A DNA stretch of 64,000 nt. Origin: Octopus sinensis. Lineage: Eukaryota. The notes beneath the pieces are model-generated. The model made no database searches. It saw only the letters and a list, made by a program, of their open reading frames with translations, and was not told where the DNA came from. Position numbers and translations under genes: made by a program. Within the stretch, counting starts at the first letter, position 1. Each line of letters begins with the position of its first letter. Shown here one piece after another: positions 1 through 12,194 of this stretch. The stretch lies in the NCBI RefSeq assembly GCF_006345805.1, contig NC_043017.1:18910001-18974000 (forward strand). The letters are read 5' to 3'.

Positions 1-564
1 GAAAAAGTCTCAATGACTGAAACCGGTACTGAAATGTTTTTTATAAAATTATTTTAGCATTTCCCACCTAGACTTTTTTTTTTCCATATATATATATATA
101 AATAAATTACTTAATCTGTGTGTTACACAATAGCCATGTAAAGCTGTAATTTGTTTGTATGTAGACTTTACACAACATTGTATAATGTACTTTTAAAAAT
201 CAATTAAACTTCACTGTTCAATGATTGAGGTAAATGTTTATATGTACAGTTTATTCAAGATAGAAAAATAATTTTCTGCTGTTGAATATTGAGCTTCGCT
301 TCTATCTTATGTTTCTCTATTTCAGATATAACAGTATCTGCGTAAAAGAATTTCTTTTTAATTTAGATTCATCATAATTTATCATCTAAAGACTGGGATT
401 ATTGAATTCTAATTTTTTTCTACTTCACTTTCTGTAATATTTTCAGGAATAATTTGAATTCTTTATTACACTTGGACACCTTTTCCAATGAGTTTCTACG
501 ATCTTCAGAAATCAACAGAGATTGAAGGAAATCTCTTTCAGGAATTAGTGAGAAACTAAAAATT

Positions 565-1680
565 ATGGAAAATACATTATGTGAAAATCCATTTACACTT
601 CAGGCAGAGTCTGAAAATATGAATTTTGCAAATGAAATGCCAAAAGAGACAGGAAAAAAGTCAAATGAGTGTGATATCTGTGGTAAATCATTTGCACGCA
701 GAAACTATTTAACTGCTCACAAACGTATTCATACAGGGGAGAAGCCACATCAGTGTAATATATGTGGTAGAGCTTTTATTTCAACTGGTCACTTAACTAC
801 TCATATACGTACACATACAGGAGAGAGGCCTTATCACTGTGATATCTGTGGTAAATCATATGCTCGTAGTAATCAGTTAACTGTACATAAATACATTCAT
901 ACAGGAGGTCAGCCATGCCATTGTGATATCTGTGGTAAATCTATGCCTTCAAAGAGTAAATTAACAGTACACAAACGCTTTCATACTGGAGAGAAACCAT
1001 TTCACTGTGATATTTGTGGTAAATCTTTCTCTATTAGTAGTCACTTAACTACACACAAATATATGCATACAGGAGAGAAGCCATATCACTGTGATATCTG
1101 TGGTAAATCATTCTCTGTAGGAAGTAACCTAAATACTCACAAACGACTTCATACAGGAGAAAAGCCATACCACTGTGATATCTGTGGGAAAACATTATCC
1201 GATCAAGGTAACTTAAATAGTCACAAACGTACTCATACAGGTGAGAAAAGATACCTTTGTGATATTTGTGGTAAATCGTTCTCTGATAGTAGGTCTTTAA
1301 CTGCACACAAACGCAGTCACACTGGAGAAAAGCCATATCACTGTGAAATCTGTGGTAAATCATTTGCAACCACACGTACAGTAACTGTTCATGAACATAT
1401 TCATACAAGAGACAAGTCATATTCGTGCAATATCTGTGGTAAGTCATTTCCTCGTAGTGAATCATTATTTATTCACAAGCGTATACATACAGGTGAGAAG
1501 CCATATCGCTGTGATATCTGTGGTAAATCATTCACAATATCAACCACAATATCAACTACTTTGACTACACACAAATGTAGACATACAGGGGAGAAACCAT
1601 ATCACTGTGATATCTGTGGTAAAGCATTTTCTCAAAAACGTCACTTCACTGCCCATACATCTACTCATACAGGAAAATAA
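565..1680 (+). CDS. C2H2 zinc-finger protein (ZNF1 here), 371 aa, 12 finger units, no effector domain
   Basis: Intact ORF of tandem C-x2-C-x12-H-x3-H units with TGEKP linkers. Conserved acceptor TTTCAG at 324-325; exon 1 lies upstream of the window. Finger 11 carries a 4-aa insertion. Confidence 0.95.
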   Translation: MENTLCENPFTLQAESENMNFANEMPKETGKKSNECDICGKSFARRNYLTAHKRIHTGEKPHQCNICGRAFISTGHLTTHIRTHTGERPYHCDICGKSYARSNQLTVHKYIHTGGQPCHCDICGKSMPSKSKLTVHKRFHTGEKPFHCDICGKSFSISSHLTTHKYMHTGEKPYHCDICGKSFSVGSNLNTHKRLHTGEKPYHCDICGKTLSDQGNLNSHKRTHTGEKRYLCDICGKSFSDSRSLTAHKRSHTGEKPYHCEICGKSFATTRTVTVHEHIHTRDKSYSCNICGKSFPRSESLFIHKRIHTGEKPYRCDICGKSFTISTTISTTLTTHKCRHTGEKPYHCDICGKAFSQKRHFTAHTSTHTGK

Positions 1681-3805
1681 CTGTGTCAATATATGTTGTG
1701 CTGTAAAAAAATACCTAACCATAAATGTATTCACAGAGGGAGTTAGACAGAGCTATCTTTCTAGAGTAAATAGTTCACGTAACTACATTTAATATCTACT
1801 TGCCTGTATGATTATAATAAAAGTATTGTTTCAGAAAATAGTCATATGTATATTGTAGCTAACATATATGTGCCGAGAGATGACGAGATACAATAAATTT
1901 ACTGGATATTGTGTAAATAACTGAGAAATGAGTTCTTATAAATCACAAATGACATCACTGTACTGTTTAATTAGAAATAAAATTATGAACTATAAAAGAA
2001 AATATTTCGTTATACCATATCGGGATGTAAGTATGATGTCTTACAAAGAATCTTTGCCCTTTATACATTTAATCATGTATATACTCCAACAAATTATCAA
2101 AAATAATGAGCTTCAACAAAGAATTTCTATAGAAGGTAATTGTTTGTGTTGGCCTTAAAGTATCTTTAGTGTTTCTATATAATCTATCTTTTCTACATTA
2201 ATTCGTGCATCTGTTCTATGTTCAGTGTGAAATATTATGTACTTATCTCAATAATGGAATAGTTCATGATTTAAATAATAAAATAAAGCTAATTAAATCT
2301 ATTTCCTTGACCCGAGTTGACTGACTCTTACTTCCTAGACATTTACCTTCCAACTGATATTCTATCATTGATCACTCTTCCATCTCTGTTCTCCATTCAC
2401 TGCATTTATCTCTTTCTCCATCTCTATCCAGCTGCTACTCTTCTTTCACTCTTGCATACATTCCTACAGATTCATCCTATCCATTTCTCTGTGCCATTCC
2501 TCTTATATTGCGCTTCCTATAACCTGACAGATCTGACATCTTCACCACCATCTTGCTTTTGTAATTGGAGTAACCATTTGTCTACCCTACTGCAAGACAC
2601 CTATCCCACATTTAAGGGTTCTTGTCTCTTGAGGTATATTGTGACAATATAAAATCATCCATGTACACTCTTTATAATGGTTGTTGTTATGAAGGGTATC
2701 TGGCTGTAGAAACAATGCCAGAGCTTGGCACTATCCTCTGGTTCAACAGCTTCTTTCAAACCATCCAATTCATGTCAACATGTAAATGAGATGTTAGATG
2801 ATGAGTATTTCAGCAAAATAATAAACATTATGGATCTTCAACAAAGAATTGAAACATATAAATCTGGAGAGAGTGTTGGGATAAAATATTAGTACCCTGT
2901 GTTGATGTAGGGAGATTTGGTTACTATTTCTTGCATATTGTTATTCCTCTTTGAGGTCCATCATTTATAGTGTGAGCTAAGAATTGTCTGTTAGCTGTTT
3001 AGCATGTATCAACGCATGCACACAGAGGAAGGAAATGTATTTAAAAAGTTTCATATGTCTGAATGGAGTGAAGGAAGAGGCTTTGGAAAAAAAGTATTTG
3101 AAACAATTTTTTTTTTTTTTGTCCAGAATTGAAATCGTCTGCACATGGAATTACAAAATACAGAAATAAAGACTTGTGAGGTGACAGTGGGAATTGAAAT
3201 TTCAAAATGCTTTTGTTTTATTTATTGACATAATCATAAATTTTAATATTGAAAATAAGAATCCTAACTGCAAGGGCAAATGTCTTCTATAATTGCAGGC
3301 CAAATGGATTTGATAAATGAAACTGAAAGTGGCTTTTGTATATATGCGTTTGAGGCTTAACAGTCGCTGAAATTACATAGAATTAGCAAAATTTAAAAGC
3401 TACTAAGTTATTATTAATTTAATTAGTATATAAAATTGAAGCAAATATGAAAACAATTGGAACAAAGTTTTAAAAAAATAGAAAACTGTGTCAGCAACAG
3501 AAAAGATCTGGATTCCTTTTGATTTGCAATTTAATTTTCTTCATTATTTATTTCTTGGGGAGGGGAAATGAGTGCGATTTCTATCATCAGCCTGTAAAAC
3601 CACATTTTCTGGAGATTTGATTGACTAATGGGGTTTGGTTGAAATTTAACATCAGAGCCACTAGAAGCAGATGCAAGAAACAACTAAAACATATCGACGA
3701 CGATCGTTGAAGTTGGCTTCATTATCGGTGTTACAACATACGAAGACATTAAATCGCTGTCTTTCATCTGATTAGCATCTCATTCCGCTCCTAACATTCT
3801 ACCAA

Positions 3806-4054
3806 TGCGCATGATTAACCGGAAGTTGACTTCGACGGTCACTCATAAGATCTCAGCTTTGTATTTCTAATTAAATCGCATATAAGATAATTTACTAGCT
3901 TGACGCATAAAACGGTGAGGAAGTAATCATATCTATCTCATATCTTATAATGAATTTATCTATAATATTATACATTGTATATACGTAATGGGAGTAATTT
4001 CAGCATCCCGACCATCGTCACTGATTTACTCATTATAGCTGTGATTCATTCGAG
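3806..4054 (+). promoter_or_regulatory. ZNF2 core promoter motif (NRF1-like TGCGCATG + ETS CCGGAAGT) and non-coding exon 1
   Basis: TGCGCATG at 3806, CCGGAAGT at 3819, donor GAG|GTATTT at 4054/4055. The same module recurs before other ZNFs. Confidence 0.75.
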
Positions 4055-4263
4055 GTATTTTTGTTGATTCTTTTCTCATTCAAACGTCGTTTCTACTTTC
4101 ACAACGCAATGTTTCTATTTGATTGATCTGTCATATACTTCGCGACATTCTTGAAAACAATCAGTCTTTGAAACACAAGTTAGCACTGACGTAGCCATAT
4201 AAACAACAACATATCATTTTTCAGGCCAGAGAACTGCCACCGTCCACTATTGTGTATTCACCA

Positions 4264-4560
4264 TATTGGGCTGGAAAAAAAGTTCGTACCGTTTCTAAGT
4301 AAAATTCAAAAACAATATTTTGATACTTGTGCATTTCTATATTTGACCATATGTCCCATTTTGTTCCTCTATCTTTCGTCCTTATTGTGTAAGCTTCATG
4401 AGCATAACTTCCCTTTGCATCTTTTGGAGCCATGAACTGTATTAAGTTGTTTTTACAGTCTTCCAAACAATTGCAGTTCTTCCCCTTAATGTAATTTCGA
4501 TAACAATCGAAATGATGGTTATCCGAAGGTGCTAGATTAGGCGATTATAGTGGATTTGGT
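4264..4560 (-). mobile_element. Mariner transposon 3' fragment with one TIR
   Basis: The minus strand encodes a degenerate YSPDLAPSDYHLF motif (SPNLAPSDNHHF) and a mariner-like C-terminus. TIR-like TATTGGGCTGGAAAAAAAGTTCGTACCG at 4264. Partly retained at 9050-9110. Confidence 0.65.
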
Positions 4561-5629
4561 AGTTGGTCCCCGCCAAACTATATCAATTTCTACCATCTGT
4601 AGGGAAATATGGTACCACTAGCGAACAGTGTTCCCGGTGCGCGCACTCGTGCATCCGCGCTAGTTAGTTAACGGGTGTTGAGGTTTACTGCTCGGATTCT
4701 GTACGGTTGATCGTATGAATTTTCTGAGCCCCCTCCCCACCCATCCGTTTATAAGCGCGCATTTTTTTCTTAATATTTGTTGAATATACATTGCATTAGA
4801 AGTATTAGACGATTTCTGTTTCACTCCTGTGACCGGGTGTTGAGGTTTACTGCTCGGATTCTGTACGGTTGATCGTGTGAATTTTCCGAGATCCTCCCCG
4901 GGTGCGGATCTACATATTAACTGTTATATTTGTTTCCATTAAATTATTAGGCACCAAAATATAGAAGTTCACATACCGAAATATTCATTTGAAAAATGTG
5001 AATCTCAGTGATGTCTTGTATTTGTGTGGTCTTGGCTATTATCAAAGACTGAAGTTCTGCTGGAATGTTCATGGTGTCCCTGATCAAAATTTTCAGGTCT
5101 CAGCCAGGCGAACCACATACAAACAGTCGCTATAGATTTCTATATGTGTAGCCATCAAACAAGATTGTACGATGTAGTTATAAGAATTAAAATTTAACTT
5201 CAAATGTTGATGTAAATGCTTATATTTACATTTCTATTTATTAACATAGAAATGTAAATTTTCCATCGTTGAGCCTCTACTTTTAAACAATCCCTATATC
5301 TTATACTATTTCTCTACTATTTCAGAAATAACAGATGGTATTGGCGTAGAAGAATTTATTTACTTCAGATTCGTCATCAATATTTCTCATCATTTAAAGA
5401 CTAAAGAATGATGTTATTCCAAATAGAAATGATTGGTGGAATGACTGAAATATTTCTTGTGAACTGAGATTATTATATTATTAACATTCTAATTTTTTCT
5501 TTCACTATCTGGAATATATTCAAGAGTGAGTTTCTGCCATCAACAGATATCAATAAACATTGAATGTGATGGAAATTTTAAAGTAGAAAATATGAATAAA
5601 ACATAGCAATTAGTGAGAAAAGAACAGTA

Positions 5630-6811
5630 ATGGAAAATACATCACGGGAGACCCCAATTAAAACAGAGTCTGAAAGCATTGATTTTCCTGATGAGATGCT
5701 GAAGGTGATGAAAAAAACATCATACCAGTGTGGTATCTGTGGTAAATCATATTCTGAAAGAGGAACATTAACTAAACACAAACGTATTCATACGGGAGAG
5801 AAACTATATCAGTGTAATATCTGTGGTAAAGCATTCATTTCAAGTAATTACTTAACTATTCATATACGTACACATACAGGAGAGAAGCCTTATCAGTGTG
5901 ATATCTGTGGTAAAGCATTTGCTCACAGTTCTCATTTAAAAGTCCATAAATACATTCATACAGGAGGTCAGCCATGCCATTGTGATATCTGTGGTAAATC
6001 TATGTCTTCAAAGAGTAAATTAACAGTACACAAACGCTTTCATACTGGAGAGAAACCATTTCAGTGTGATATTTGTGGTAAATCATTCTCCATTAGTAGT
6101 CACCTAACTACACACAAATATATGCATACAGGAGAGAAGCCATATCACTGTGATATCTGTGGTAAATCATTCTCTGTAGGAAGTAACCTAAATACTCACA
6201 AACGACTTCATACAGGAGAAAAACCATTTCACTGTGAAATCTGTGGCAAAACATTATCTGATCAAGGCAACTTAACTAGTCACAAACGTATTCATACAGG
6301 TGAGAAACGATACCTCTGTGATACTTGTGGTAAATCATTCTCTGATAGTAGGTCTTTGACTGCGCACAAACGCAATCACACTGGAGAAAAGCCATATCAC
6401 TGTGAAATCTGTGGTAAAGCGTTCAGCACCACACGTCAAGTAACTATTCACCAACACATTCATACAGGAGACAAGTCATATTCATGTGATATTTGTGGTA
6501 AGTCATTTCCTCGTAGTGAATCATTATTTGTTCACAAACGCATACATACAGGTGAGAAGCCATACCACTGTGATATTTGTGGTAAATCATTCACAGTATC
6601 AACTACTTTGACTACACACAAACGTAGTCATACAGGAGAGAAACCATATCACTGTGATACCTGTGATAAATCATTCACTACAACAAGTTACCTAACTAAG
6701 CACAAACTCATTCACAGGCGAGATATGCCATATCACTGTGATATCTGTGGTAAAACATTTTCTCAAAAACGTCACTTCACTGCTCATACATCTACTCATA
6801 CAGGAAAATAA
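5630..6811 (+). CDS. C2H2 zinc-finger protein (ZNF2), 393 aa, 13 fingers; hybrid of ZNF3-like 5' part and ZNF1-like 3' part
   Basis: Intact ORF. Inferred intron 4055-5325 (GAG|GTATTT ... TTTCAG|AAAT). N-terminus and fingers 1-3 match ZNF3; fingers 6-end and the 3' flank match ZNF1. Confidence 0.95.
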   Translation: MENTSRETPIKTESESIDFPDEMLKVMKKTSYQCGICGKSYSERGTLTKHKRIHTGEKLYQCNICGKAFISSNYLTIHIRTHTGEKPYQCDICGKAFAHSSHLKVHKYIHTGGQPCHCDICGKSMSSKSKLTVHKRFHTGEKPFQCDICGKSFSISSHLTTHKYMHTGEKPYHCDICGKSFSVGSNLNTHKRLHTGEKPFHCEICGKTLSDQGNLTSHKRIHTGEKRYLCDTCGKSFSDSRSLTAHKRNHTGEKPYHCEICGKAFSTTRQVTIHQHIHTGDKSYSCDICGKSFPRSESLFVHKRIHTGEKPYHCDICGKSFTVSTTLTTHKRSHTGEKPYHCDTCDKSFTTTSYLTKHKLIHRRDMPYHCDICGKTFSQKRHFTAHTSTHTGK

Positions 6812-8086
6812 CTGTGTCACTGTAAAAAATACCTAACCATAAATGTATTCACAGGAGTTAGACAGAGCTATCTTTCTAGAGTAAATAGTTCATGTAACTA
6901 CATTTAATATCTACTTGCCTGTATGATTATAATAAAAGTATTGTTTCAGAAAATAGTCATATGTATATTGTAGCTACCATATATGTCCCGAGAGATGACA
7001 AGATACAATAAATTTATTGGATATTGTGTAAATAACTGAGAAATGAGTTCTTATAAATCACAAATGACATCACTGTACAGTTTAATTAAAAATAAAATTA
7101 TGAACTATAAAAGAAAATATTTCATTATACCATATCGGGATGTAAGTATGATGTCTTACAAAGAATCTTTGCCCTTTATACATTTAATCATGTATATACT
7201 CCAACAAATTATCAAAAATAATGAGCTTCAACAAAGAATTTCTATAGAAGGTAATTGTTTGTGTTGGCCTTAAAGTATCTTTGGTGTTTCTATATAATCT
7301 ATCTTTCCTACATTAATTTGTGCGTCTGTTCTATGTTCAGTGTCAAATATTATGTACTTATCTCAATAATGGAATAGTTCATGATTTAAATAATAAAATA
7401 AAGCTAATTAAATCTATTTCCTTGACCCGAGTTGACTGACTCTTACTTCCTAGACATTTACCTTCCAACTGATATTCTATCATTGATTACTCTTCCATCT
7501 CTGTTCTCCATTCACTGCATTTATCTCTTTCTCCATCTCTATCCAGCTGCTACTCTTCTTTCACTCTTGCATACTTTCCTACAGATTCATCCTATCCATT
7601 TCTCTGTGCCATTCCTCTTATATTGTGCATCCTATAACCTGACAGATCTAACATCTTCACCACCATCTTGCTTTTGTAATTGGAGTAACCATTTGTCTAC
7701 CCTACTGCAAGACACCTATCCCACAGTTAAGGGTTCTTGTCTCTTGAGGTATGTTGTGACAATATAAAATCATCCATGTACACTCTTTATAGTGGTTGTT
7801 ATGAAGGGTATCTGGCTGTAGAAACAATGCCCTTGGCACTATCCTCTGATTCACCAGACGCTTTCAAACCATCTAATAAACATTATGGATATTCAACAAA
7901 GAATTGAAACACATGAATCTGGAGAAAGTGTTGGGATCAGATTAGTGTCTGTTATGGAGAGAGAAAAAAAAAAACTGGAGGAAAAAGTTTCAGAAGTTTA
8001 AAAATCGAAAAAACAGGGTATCTTTAGCCATTAGTGAGACAGTAAAATTTAACACCTGAACCACTAGAAGCAGATGCAAGAAACAC

Positions 8087-8434
8087 CTGTGTGAAAAGTC
8101 TGGCTGCATCCGAAAAAATATATATTATGAAACAAAAATCAACACAAAATTTATTACACGAATCTGTTACCACCACGACAGTCAACTATTTGACGCCGAA
8201 CACGAGTTTGATGTTGAATACATGCACGAATTTTCCGCTCAGATAGTTCTTCCCAAGACGGCTTCGTGCAATTCATGCCTCGGTGTAGGGTATTTCAGTT
8301 CAACTTTATCGGCCAAAACTAAAGTTAATAATGATTCTGCTAATTCCACGTGTAAACATGTGTTGAATACAACTCACTGAATAAATCTTAATTAACTGTG
8401 TTGTGAATTGTATGCAGCCAGACTTTTCACACAG
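8087..8434. mobile_element. MITE of about 350 bp with perfect 23-bp TIRs
   Basis: CTGTGTGAAAAGTCTGGCTGCAT (8087-8109) and its reverse complement (8412-8434); absent at the paralogous site near 3685. Confidence 0.88.
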
Positions 8435-8538
8435 AGGATACAACATATCGACGACGTTCGAACTTGCGAACACTCTTAATCGGTATTTTGGGTAGTCGTG
8501 TGTGATTTCGTCTGTTTAGCATCCGAACATTCTACCAA

Positions 8539-8853
8539 TGCGCATGATCAACAGGAAGTTAACTTCGGCGGTCACTCATAAGATCCCAGCTTTGTATTTC
8601 TAATTGAATCGCGTATGTCTATATTATAATAAATAATAATAATAATGAAATTATTGTATAGAGTGCTCAGGTGCACCACAACAAGCTAATATATTAGCAT
8701 GACGCATAAAGCGGTGAAGAAGTAATCATATCTATCTCGTATCTTATAATGAATTTATCTATAATATTATACATTGTATATACGTAATGGGAGTAATTTC
8801 AGCATCCCGACCATCGTCACTGATTTGCTCATTATAGCTGTGATTCATACGAA
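8539..8853 (+). promoter_or_regulatory. ZNF3 promoter motif and exon 1
   Basis: TGCGCATG at 8539, CAGGAAGT at 8552, donor GAA|GTATTT; paralogous to 3806-4054. Confidence 0.72.
8626..8682 (-). mobile_element. Very short 3'-tail copy of the CR1/L2-group LINE seen at 41792
   Basis: (AAT)n-GAAATTATTGTATAxAGTGCTCAGGTGCACCACAAC matches 41795-41848; absent from ZNF2 exon 1. Confidence 0.85.
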
Positions 8854-9290
8854 GTATTTTTGTTGATTCTTTTCTCATTCAAACGTCGTTTCTACTTTCA
8901 CAACGCAATGTTTCTATTTGATTGATCTGTCATATACTTCGCGACATTCTTGAAAACAATCAGTCTTTGAAACACAAGTTAGCACTGACGTAGCCATATA
9001 AACAACAACATATCACTTTTCAGGCCAGAGAACCGCCACCGTCTACTATTGTGCATTTCTATATTTGACCATATGTCCCATTTTGTTCCTCTATCTTTCG
9101 TGTGTCAGCTTCATGGACATAGATAGGTGCAGACGTGGCTGTGTAGTAAGAAGATAGCTTGCGAACGACGTCGTTCCAAGTTCAATTACACTGCGTAGCA
9201 CCTTGGCAATGACCAAGGCCTTGTGAGTCAATTTGTGAGACAGGAACTGGAAAAGGCTCGTCGTATACAGATACGTATATATATGTATTC

Positions 9291-10285
9291 ATTTAGAGAT
9301 AGTAGGCCCCTTCATCTCACCATATAAAAAAGAATTTTTATTTTAAATACCTACTGTTTTATAACTTGGCTACACGTGTTTCATGAGGTACATTTCCCGG
9401 TTCCTAAACCACTCCGTGTTTTGCTGGAACCCTTCTTAAAATGTAACCCCAATCATCAGGCCCTTATATCATTTTATCATCGTTCAATACTCATCATCAT
9501 CATCATTTAGCGTCCGCTTTCCATGCTAGCATAGGTTGGACGGTTCAACTGGGGTGTGGGAGGCCAGAAGGCTGCACCAGGCCCAGTCTGATCTGGCAAT
9601 GTTTCTACGACTGGATGCCCTTCCTAACGCCAACCTCTCCGTGAGTGCAGTGGGTGCTTTTTACGTGCCACCGGCACAGGTGCCAGACGGGGCTGGTAAA
9701 CGGTCACGGTCGGATGGTGCTTTTTACGTGCCACCGGCACGGGGGCCAGGCGAGGCTGGCAACAGCCACGGTCGAATGGTGCTTTTTACGTGCCATAAAC
9801 TATATTTTAATTTTTTTAAACCCATAAGTATGTGTAAAAATAGGTACGTGTAAATTAGGTTCGCTGGACCCTACAGTACAAGCCATAATTCAGATAAAAA
9901 TTCAAATGAAAAATTATAAAAATAAAATATTTTTTTTCGCCTTTTTATTTCTTAATTTATTTTTGTAATATTTTTGAATTTTTATCTAAATTATGGCTTG
10001 TACTGTAGTGTCCAGCGAACCTAATTTACACGTACCCATTTTTACACATACTTACGGGTTTTAAAAAATAAAAATATAGTTTATAGTATTGAACGATGAT
10101 AAAATGATATAAGGGCCTGATGATTGGGGTTACATTTTAAGAAGAGTTCCAGCAAAACACGGAGTGGTTTAGGAACCGGGAAATGTACCTCATGAAACAA
10201 GTGTAGCCAAGTTATAAAACAGTAGGTACTTAAAATAAAAATTCTTTTTTATATGGTGAGATGAAGGGGCCAACTATCTCTAAAT
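9291..10285. mobile_element. Foldback/hairpin element (~315-bp arms, ~60-bp spacer) with a retroposon inserted in the left arm
   Basis: 9291-9491 plus 9796-9910 is the reverse complement of 9971-10285, with few mismatches. Confidence 0.9.
9492..9795 (-). mobile_element. RTE-LINE 3'-tail element with (GAT)n tail
   Basis: (CAT)nTTAGCGTCCG...GTGCCACCGGCAC family; the same sequence forms the 3' end of the RTE copy at 29318-30240. Confidence 0.85.
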
Positions 10286-10844
10286 AAAATAGACATTTCT
10301 TCATTGACAATATATATATATATATATATATATAGATCAACATGTAATTTTACATAATTACCGTGTGTTGCTATAGTTTGTATATATGTAACCATGAAAC
10401 AAGATTGCACGATGTAGTTATAAGAATTAAAATTTAACTTCAATCGTTTATTTCTATTTATTAACATAGAAATGTAAATTTTCCACCGTTGAGCCTCTAC
10501 TTTTAAACAATCCCTATATCTTATACTATTTCTCTGCTGTTTCAGAAATAACAGATGGTATTGGCGTAGAAGAATTTATTTACTTCAGATTCGTCATCAA
10601 TATTTCTCATCATTTAAAGAATGATGTTATTCCAAATAGAAATGATTGGTGGGATGACTGTGAAATATTTCTTGTGAACTGAGATTATTATATTATTAAC
10701 ATTCTAATTTTTTCTTTCACTATCTGGAATATATTCAAGAGTGAGTTTCTGCCATCAACAGATATCAATAAACATTGAATGTGATGGAAATTTTAAAGTA
10801 GAAAATATGAATAAAACATAGCAATTAGTGAGAAAAGAACAGTA

Positions 10845-12194
10845 ATGGAAAATACATTACGGGAGACCCCAATTAAAACAGAGTCTGAAAGCATTGATTT
10901 TCCTGATGAGATGCTGAAGGTGATGAAAAAAACATCATACCAGTGTGGTATCTGTGGTAAATCATATTCTGAAAGAGGAACATTAACTAAACACAAACGT
11001 ATTCATACAGGAGAGAAACCATATCAGTGTAATATCTGTGGTAAAGCATTCATTTCAAGTAGTTACTTAACTATCCATATACGTACTCATACAGGAGAGA
11101 AACCATATCACTGTGATATTTGTGGTAAAGCATTCGCTCACAGTACCCACTTAAGTGTCCATAAATACATTCATACAGGAGGGCAGCCATACCATTGTGA
11201 TATCTGTGGTAAATCTATGTCTTCAAAGAGTAAATTAACAGTACACAAACGCTTTCATACTGGAGAGAAGCCATTTCAGTGTGATATCTGTGGTAAAACG
11301 TTTTCTATAAGTAGTCATTTAACAACTCACAAATATATGCATACAGGAGGGCAGCCATATCACTGTGATATCTGTGGTAAATCATTCTCTGCAAATAGCC
11401 AATTAACTATACACAAACGCATTCATACAGGAGAAAGGCCGTATCACTGTGATATCTGTGGCAAACCATTGTCTGACCCACGTAACTTAAATAGTCACAA
11501 ACGTATTCATACTGGAGAGAAACGATATCTCTGTGATATTTGCGGTAAATCATTTTCTCACAGTGGACATTTAACTGCTCACAAATGCATTCATACAGGA
11601 GAAAAGCCATATCCCTGTGAAATCTGCGGTAAATCATACTCTATCAAAAGTGAATTAACAGTTCACAAACGCATTCATACCGGAGACAAACCTTATTCCT
11701 GTGACATCTGTGGCAAGTCATTTCCTCGTAGAGAGACGTTACCTATCCACAAGCGTATTCATACAGGTGAGAAGCCATATCACTGTGATATTTGTGGTAA
11801 ATCATTCACAATATCAAATAACTTAACTATCCACAAACGCAGTCATACAGGAGAGAAACCATACTGTTGTGATATCTGTGGTAAATCATTTACTACAACA
11901 AGTGGTTTAACAACACACAAATACATTCACACAGGAGTGAAACCTTATCACTGTGATATCTGTGGTAAATCATTCACTGTTACAAGTAACTTAACTACAC
12001 ATAAACACATTCACACAGGAGAGAAACCATATCACTGTGATGTTTGTGGTAAATCCTTCACTTCAACAAGTAACTTAACTAAACACAAACGCATTCACAC
12101 ACGAGATATGCCATATCATTGTAATATCTGTCGTACATCATTTTCTCAGAAACGTCACTTAATGGCACATGTGTCTATTCATTCAGAAGAATAA
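10845..12194 (+). CDS. C2H2 zinc-finger protein (ZNF3), 449 aa, 15 fingers
   Basis: Intact ORF. Inferred intron 8854-10545 (donor variant GAA|GTATTT). Confidence 0.95.
   Translation: MENTLRETPIKTESESIDFPDEMLKVMKKTSYQCGICGKSYSERGTLTKHKRIHTGEKPYQCNICGKAFISSSYLTIHIRTHTGEKPYHCDICGKAFAHSTHLSVHKYIHTGGQPYHCDICGKSMSSKSKLTVHKRFHTGEKPFQCDICGKTFSISSHLTTHKYMHTGGQPYHCDICGKSFSANSQLTIHKRIHTGERPYHCDICGKPLSDPRNLNSHKRIHTGEKRYLCDICGKSFSHSGHLTAHKCIHTGEKPYPCEICGKSYSIKSELTVHKRIHTGDKPYSCDICGKSFPRRETLPIHKRIHTGEKPYHCDICGKSFTISNNLTIHKRSHTGEKPYCCDICGKSFTTTSGLTTHKYIHTGVKPYHCDICGKSFTVTSNLTTHKHIHTGEKPYHCDVCGKSFTSTSNLTKHKRIHTRDMPYHCNICRTSFSQKRHLMAHVSIHSEE

Larger units (their letters stand above)
890..11165 (+). repeat. 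Tandem segmental duplication of about 5 kb (~890-5945 and ~5945-11165)
   Basis: 1681-2800 matches 6812-7900, 3650-4400 matches 8060-9110, and 5160-5945 matches 10380-11165, with copy-specific insertions and deletions. Confidence 0.92.

Noticed and set aside
565-1680. Regular repeat-plus-variable-spacer pattern resembling a CRISPR array
   Set aside because: It is zinc-finger coding periodicity (28 codons) in a eukaryotic genome, with no cas genes.
1928-7767. Duplicated ORFs 1928-2158/7043-7273 and 2317-2652/7432-7767 with near-identical translations
   Set aside because: The identity comes from the recent segmental duplication. They lie in 3' flank or repeat sequence, the second starts at TTG, and the frames are not kept in the ZNF3/4 flanks.
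890-11165. Duplication as a haplotype or assembly artefact
   Set aside because: The copies differ by several independent TE insertions, deletions and a finger gain or loss, and show a coherent hybrid pattern. Long reads would still be the final test.
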